This document shows, piece after piece, positions 59,920 to 64,000 of a DNA stretch of 64,000 bases. The position numbers and the translations under genes were made by a program. Under the pieces are notes generated by a model. It made no database searches, was not told where the DNA came from, and was given only the letters and a program-made list of their open reading frames with translations. Numbering within the stretch: the stretch's first letter is position 1; every line of letters begins with the position of its first letter. The stretch lies in assembly GCA_002332755.1 (NCBI GenBank), contig DDBO01000164.1, forward strand, positions 5,882-69,881, in the 5' to 3' direction. The DNA comes from Bacteroidales bacterium UBA2030 (GTDB lineage: Bacteria; Bacteroidota; Bacteroidia; Bacteroidales; TTA-H9).

Positions 59920-61137
59920 ATGAAAGAATCCATTGTCATTTTGGCCGGCGGAGGTCCTGCTCCAGGTATTAATACTGTTATAGGAACTGTATGCAAAGTT
60001 TTCTTAAAGGCCGGATACAGGGTAATTGGAATGCACGAAGGGTATAAAACTCTTTTCAGCCCCAAACCAAACATTATTGACATAGACTTTACTCTGGCCG
60101 ATAACATATACAAGACCGGGGGCTCGTTTCTGCAGATGAGTCGCTATAAACCCAAAGACGAAGAGTTTAATACAAAGTTTTTTATAGAAAATAATGTAAA
60201 ACTCTTGGTAACCATAGGTGGCGACGATACGGCTTCTACTGCCAATCGTATTTCCGCTTTTTTACAGAAAAACCAGGTGGATGTTCGCAATATTCATGTA
60301 CCTAAAACTATCGACAACGACCTTCCCCTGCCTGAAGGGCAACCCACGTTTGGATATTATTCGGCTAAGGAAGAAGGCGTTAGAATAGCCACAACTGTTT
60401 ATGAAGATGCCCGCACCTCCGGCAATTGGTTTATTGTATCGGCAATGGGACGCGAAGCAGGTCATTTAGCTTTTGGTATCGGTGCTTCCTGCCATTATCC
60501 CATGATTGTAATCCCTGAGATGTTTAATAAAACGAACATCACCATCGAGAAGATTGTTCGCCTGGTTATCAGTGCAATGATTAAAAGAAAAATACTGGGC
60601 ATATCCTATGGTGCGGCCATCATCAGTGAAGGCGTTTTTCATTTCCTGCCTGAAGACGATATACTGGCAACAGGAATTAATTTCACCTTCGATGAACATG
60701 GACATCCCGAACTTGGCAATGTAAGTAAGGCACATATTTTCAATATTCTCGTACAACAACGTCTTAAAGACCTTGGAATCGCCATCAAAAGTCGTCCTGT
60801 TGAATTAGGATACGAGCTGCGCTGCGTAAGACCCATAGGATTCGATCTCATGTATTGCAACCTGTTGGGCATTGGTGTAAAAAAACTTTTCGATCAGGGT
60901 TACACTGCCTGTATGGTAACTTCTGACCATAAAGGCGATGTCGCTCCTCTTTTCCTAAAAGACGTTGCCGATGAAAAAGGGAAAGTAAAACCCAGATTGG
61001 TGAATATTGATTCGGAAAAAGCAAGGATGGTTTTTGAATGGAATACACAATACATTGAGTCTGAGGATTATGAAGCAGCTCGTAAATATCTGCCCAATCC
61101 TGAAGAATACGACTTCAAGAAAATTTTAAACTGGTAG
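59920..61137 (+). CDS. phosphofructokinase, probably pyrophosphate-dependent
   Basis: It has the PFK-A family motifs GGGPAPGIN and PKTIDNDL. The GGDD motif (TIGGDDTAS) replaces the GGDG of ATP-dependent enzymes, and that substitution is associated with PPi specificity. Confidence 0.8.
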   Translation: MKESIVILAGGGPAPGINTVIGTVCKVFLKAGYRVIGMHEGYKTLFSPKPNIIDIDFTLADNIYKTGGSFLQMSRYKPKDEEFNTKFFIENNVKLLVTIGGDDTASTANRISAFLQKNQVDVRNIHVPKTIDNDLPLPEGQPTFGYYSAKEEGVRIATTVYEDARTSGNWFIVSAMGREAGHLAFGIGASCHYPMIVIPEMFNKTNITIEKIVRLVISAMIKRKILGISYGAAIISEGVFHFLPEDDILATGINFTFDEHGHPELGNVSKAHIFNILVQQRLKDLGIAIKSRPVELGYELRCVRPIGFDLMYCNLLGIGVKKLFDQGYTACMVTSDHKGDVAPLFLKDVADEKGKVKPRLVNIDSEKARMVFEWNTQYIESEDYEAARKYLPNPEEYDFKKILNW

Positions 61138-61171
61138 GCTGACACATCACAGGCTAAGGTTAGACATCATC

Positions 61172-63538
61172 ATGTGGATAAGGCTCTCCCATTATATCCT
61201 TAGAAACCGAGTAGCAAACCTGATTGGAATTGGATTCATCACCTTGCTGATGGGTCTGATGGCAACCCGGGTACACATGTCGTATGAAATGGCCAGAATG
61301 CTACCTGCATCGGATACAGTTAATCGTGAGTATGAAGATTTTCGTAAGACATTCGGACAAGATGGGGCCATAGTTTATGCTGCTTTCAAAGGAGAAAACC
61401 TTTGTACTCACGAAATTTTCCGAGGACTTTATGAACTAACGGAAGAAATATCAGGTCTTCAAGGCATAAAGGATGTGATGTCGCCCGCAAGGGTTTTTGT
61501 GCTTTCGAAAGATAGTGTTAAAAGAAAATTTGTTTTTAAGCGCATTCCAATATGCCCGCCGGAAGAAGCAAAAGAGACAGACTCTCTCTGTCGCCAGCTC
61601 CAAGGTCTTCCCTTTTACGAAGGCATGCTCTTCAATTTTAAAGACGGCATTGCCCTCATGGCTATCACCCTTAATCAGGAAGTAATTAACGATAGAGGGC
61701 GAGTAGCTTTAATCAACGATCTCGAAAACCGATTACGCACATTTGGTCAGGCCCATCAACTCGAGGTACATATATCGGGCATGCCCTACATTCGTACCCT
61801 TACCACCCAAAAAGTTCAGCAGGAATTGCTCTGGTTTTCTCTGGGAGCATTGCTGGTTTCTGCCCTATTGCTGTATTACTTTTTCAGAAGCAAGAAGGCA
61901 GTAATATTCCCACTTGTCATTGTGGGAATTAGTGTGATTTGGGCACTGGGAAGTATTGCTCTGCTTGGTTTCAAAATTACTATACTTACAGGCTTAATCC
62001 CTCCTTTGCTCATCATCATTGGCGTCGAAAATTGTATTTTCCTGCTTAATCGGTTTCATTCCGAATTCAAGTTACACGGAAACAAAGTAAAAGCTTTGGT
62101 CAGAGTTATTGCCCGCACGGGCAAGGCCAACATCCTTACTAACCTCACCACTGCAGCAGGTTTTGGGGCATTTATGGTTACCGGCAACCGGCTACTGGTG
62201 GAGTTTGGACTGGTAGCCTCTCTTAATATTCTCATTATTTTCATTCTATCCATTATCCTTATTCCTTCCTTTTACAGTTTCCTTCCCGATCCTCAACCGC
62301 GTCACCTGGCCCATCTGGAGCAAGGTTTTAGCGGCCGGCTTATCATAAGGGTACTCCACATTATTCAATACAGGCGAAAAATCGTTTATGCGATTATGTT
62401 TGTTTTGATTGCCGCCGGACTTTTCGGCATCAGCCGGCTTACTACCTCAGGCAGAGTAGTGGACGATATCCCTCAGAAAGACAATCTTTATAAAGACCTT
62501 CAATTTTTTGAACAGCATTTCCATGGTATTTTGCCCCTCGAGATCGTGGTTGACACCCGAAAGCCTAAAGGAATCATGCGCCAACCAGTGCTCAGGCAAA
62601 TTGATAAACTCCAAAGAACCCTGGAGACATATCCCGAACTATCGAGATCGCTTTCTATTGTGGATGTAAACAAATTTGCCAGGCAAGCCTTCTATAATGG
62701 CGATCCCAAAGCCTATTCCTTGCCCAGCGAATATGAGATGGCCTTTATGCTCTCCTACCTACCCGACCGCAACTTAGGTCAACGCTCATTTTTAAAAGCC
62801 TTCACCGATTCTTCCTTCTCAAAAACCCGTATAAGCCTGCAGATGGCAAATCTGAGCACACCCGAAATTGAGCTCCTCCAACAAAAAATCTCTCACAACA
62901 TTGACTCCATAATGCCTGCTTCGAAATACAAGGTTCATATCACCGGTTCAACATTAGTATTTACCAAAGGCACACGTTACCTGATTAAAAACCTTTATCA
63001 AAGCCTATTGCTGGCTTTTCTTCTGATCACATTGTTGCTGGCCTTGTTGTTTACCTCCTGGAGAATTATTCTTATTGCCCTTATTCCCAACTTATTACCA
63101 CAATTGTTAACGGCTGCGCTCATGGGCTTTGCCGGAATACCTATCAAGCCATCTACTATTCTGATTTTTAGCGTAGCCCTTGGAATATCAGTTGATAATA
63201 CTATTCATTTTCTTTCACGCTATCGACATAATTTGAAAGTTTTCGGACGGAACATTCGCAAAAGTGTTCTTGCCTCTTTAAGTGAAGCCGGATACTCCAT
63301 GATTTATTCCACAGCCATTTTATTCTTTGGCTTTGGCATTTTTGCCTTTTCAGGATTTGGAGGCACCCAGGCCATGGGTCTGCTCATTCCCTTCACACTT
63401 CTTGTAGCTTTATTTTCAAACCTGCTTTTATTGCCGAGCTTCTTACTATGGCTCGACAAGTTAGTTACTACACCTAATTTCGAGGAACCTATGCTCGAAA
63501 TACTCGATGAGGAAAAAGAGGAAGACAATGATTACTAA
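61172..63538 (+). CDS. RND-superfamily/MMPL-type exporter with sterol-sensing-like domains
   Basis: 788 aa with two 6-TM bundles separated by large loop domains, which is the internal duplication typical of MMPL/HpnN-like transporters. Confidence 0.75.
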   Translation: MWIRLSHYILRNRVANLIGIGFITLLMGLMATRVHMSYEMARMLPASDTVNREYEDFRKTFGQDGAIVYAAFKGENLCTHEIFRGLYELTEEISGLQGIKDVMSPARVFVLSKDSVKRKFVFKRIPICPPEEAKETDSLCRQLQGLPFYEGMLFNFKDGIALMAITLNQEVINDRGRVALINDLENRLRTFGQAHQLEVHISGMPYIRTLTTQKVQQELLWFSLGALLVSALLLYYFFRSKKAVIFPLVIVGISVIWALGSIALLGFKITILTGLIPPLLIIIGVENCIFLLNRFHSEFKLHGNKVKALVRVIARTGKANILTNLTTAAGFGAFMVTGNRLLVEFGLVASLNILIIFILSIILIPSFYSFLPDPQPRHLAHLEQGFSGRLIIRVLHIIQYRRKIVYAIMFVLIAAGLFGISRLTTSGRVVDDIPQKDNLYKDLQFFEQHFHGILPLEIVVDTRKPKGIMRQPVLRQIDKLQRTLETYPELSRSLSIVDVNKFARQAFYNGDPKAYSLPSEYEMAFMLSYLPDRNLGQRSFLKAFTDSSFSKTRISLQMANLSTPEIELLQQKISHNIDSIMPASKYKVHITGSTLVFTKGTRYLIKNLYQSLLLAFLLITLLLALLFTSWRIILIALIPNLLPQLLTAALMGFAGIPIKPSTILIFSVALGISVDNTIHFLSRYRHNLKVFGRNIRKSVLASLSEAGYSMIYSTAILFFGFGIFAFSGFGGTQAMGLLIPFTLLVALFSNLLLLPSFLLWLDKLVTTPNFEEPMLEILDEEKEEDNDY

Positions 63539-63616
63539 AAAAATTCTGAGGGCCGGGAGTGCAATAATAATTCCGAATTGTTTTAATTTTACTGTTTACA
63601 ATAAAAACCTTTAGTC

Positions 63617-64000
63617 ATGAAAGGAATCATACTGGCCGGAGGATCGGGCACACGCCTGCATCCCCTTACGCTTGCCGTTAGCAAACAGCTGATGCCCATC
63701 TACGATAAACCCATGATTTATTACCCGCTGTCGGTACTTATGATGGCCGACATCAGGGAAATTCTTATCATTTCTACGCCTCACGACCTGCCTAACTTTG
63801 AGAAGCTGCTTGGAGATGGGAGCCGTCTGGGATGCCAATTTCATTATGCAGTGCAAGAAGTGCCCAACGGTTTGGCTCAGGCATTCGTGATTGGAGAGAA
63901 GTTTATTGGCAACGATAAAGTATGTTTAATTCTTGGCGACAATATTTTTTATGGCAGGGGATTACAGGAACTTTTACTTGAATCGAACGACCCCGACGGA
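63617..64000 (+). CDS. rfbA: glucose-1-phosphate thymidylyltransferase, 5' part (runs off the right edge)
   Basis: [42 protein letters not shown]... is open to the window end. It is not in the track because there is no stop codon in the window. Confidence 0.93.
   Translation, partial: MKGIILAGGSGTRLHPLTLAVSKQLMPIYDKPMIYYPLSVLMMADIREILIISTPHDLPNFEKLLGDGSRLGCQFHYAVQEVPNGLAQAFVIGEKFIGNDKVCLILGDNIFYGRGLQELLLESNDPDG

Overview
This 64-kb window reads as a chromosomal segment of a Bacteroidota genome. Three things support that: a complete porP-gldK-gldL-gldM-gldN type IX secretion (T9SS)/gliding core operon; a PorX-type REC-PglZ regulator with a BACON-repeat cargo protein carrying a T9SS C-terminal sorting domain; and TAnnTTTG (-7 box) motifs 16-77 nt upstream of about 19 start codons. 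About 50 genes are packed tightly. Most are housekeeping (gyrB, asnS, rpoN, efp, lpxD, tadA, pdxJ, prfA, pyrF, maeB, pckA, mdh, cinA, dCMP deaminase, PPi-type PFK, rfbA). I saw no rRNA, tRNA, CRISPR array, transposase or integrase. All functional calls come from reading motifs in the supplied translations; no similarity search was possible. Several track ORF starts were moved to internal ATGs because the track accepts TTG/GTG starts and over-extends. The items most worth follow-up are these. (1) Two translationally coupled predicted outer-membrane proteins sit directly upstream of porX, and one has a ComEA-like helix-hairpin-helix N-terminus. (2) A roughly 1450-aa T9SS cargo gene next to porX is split by a single in-frame TAG, which separates its signal peptide from its sorting domain. 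(3) A five-gene minus-strand unit encodes a solute symporter, a Cache/HAMP/GAF hybrid kinase with three receivers, a REC-kinase-REC protein, a lone receiver and tadA, with no HPt or output domain visible. (4) An orphan groES follows a two-thioredoxin-fold gene behind a sigma-54-like TGGCAC-N5-TTGT element. The same element recurs in front of a terminator-bounded non-coding stretch at about 548-644, and rpoN itself lies in the window. (5) There is a solitary archaeal-type GGGP-synthase (PcrB) homolog.
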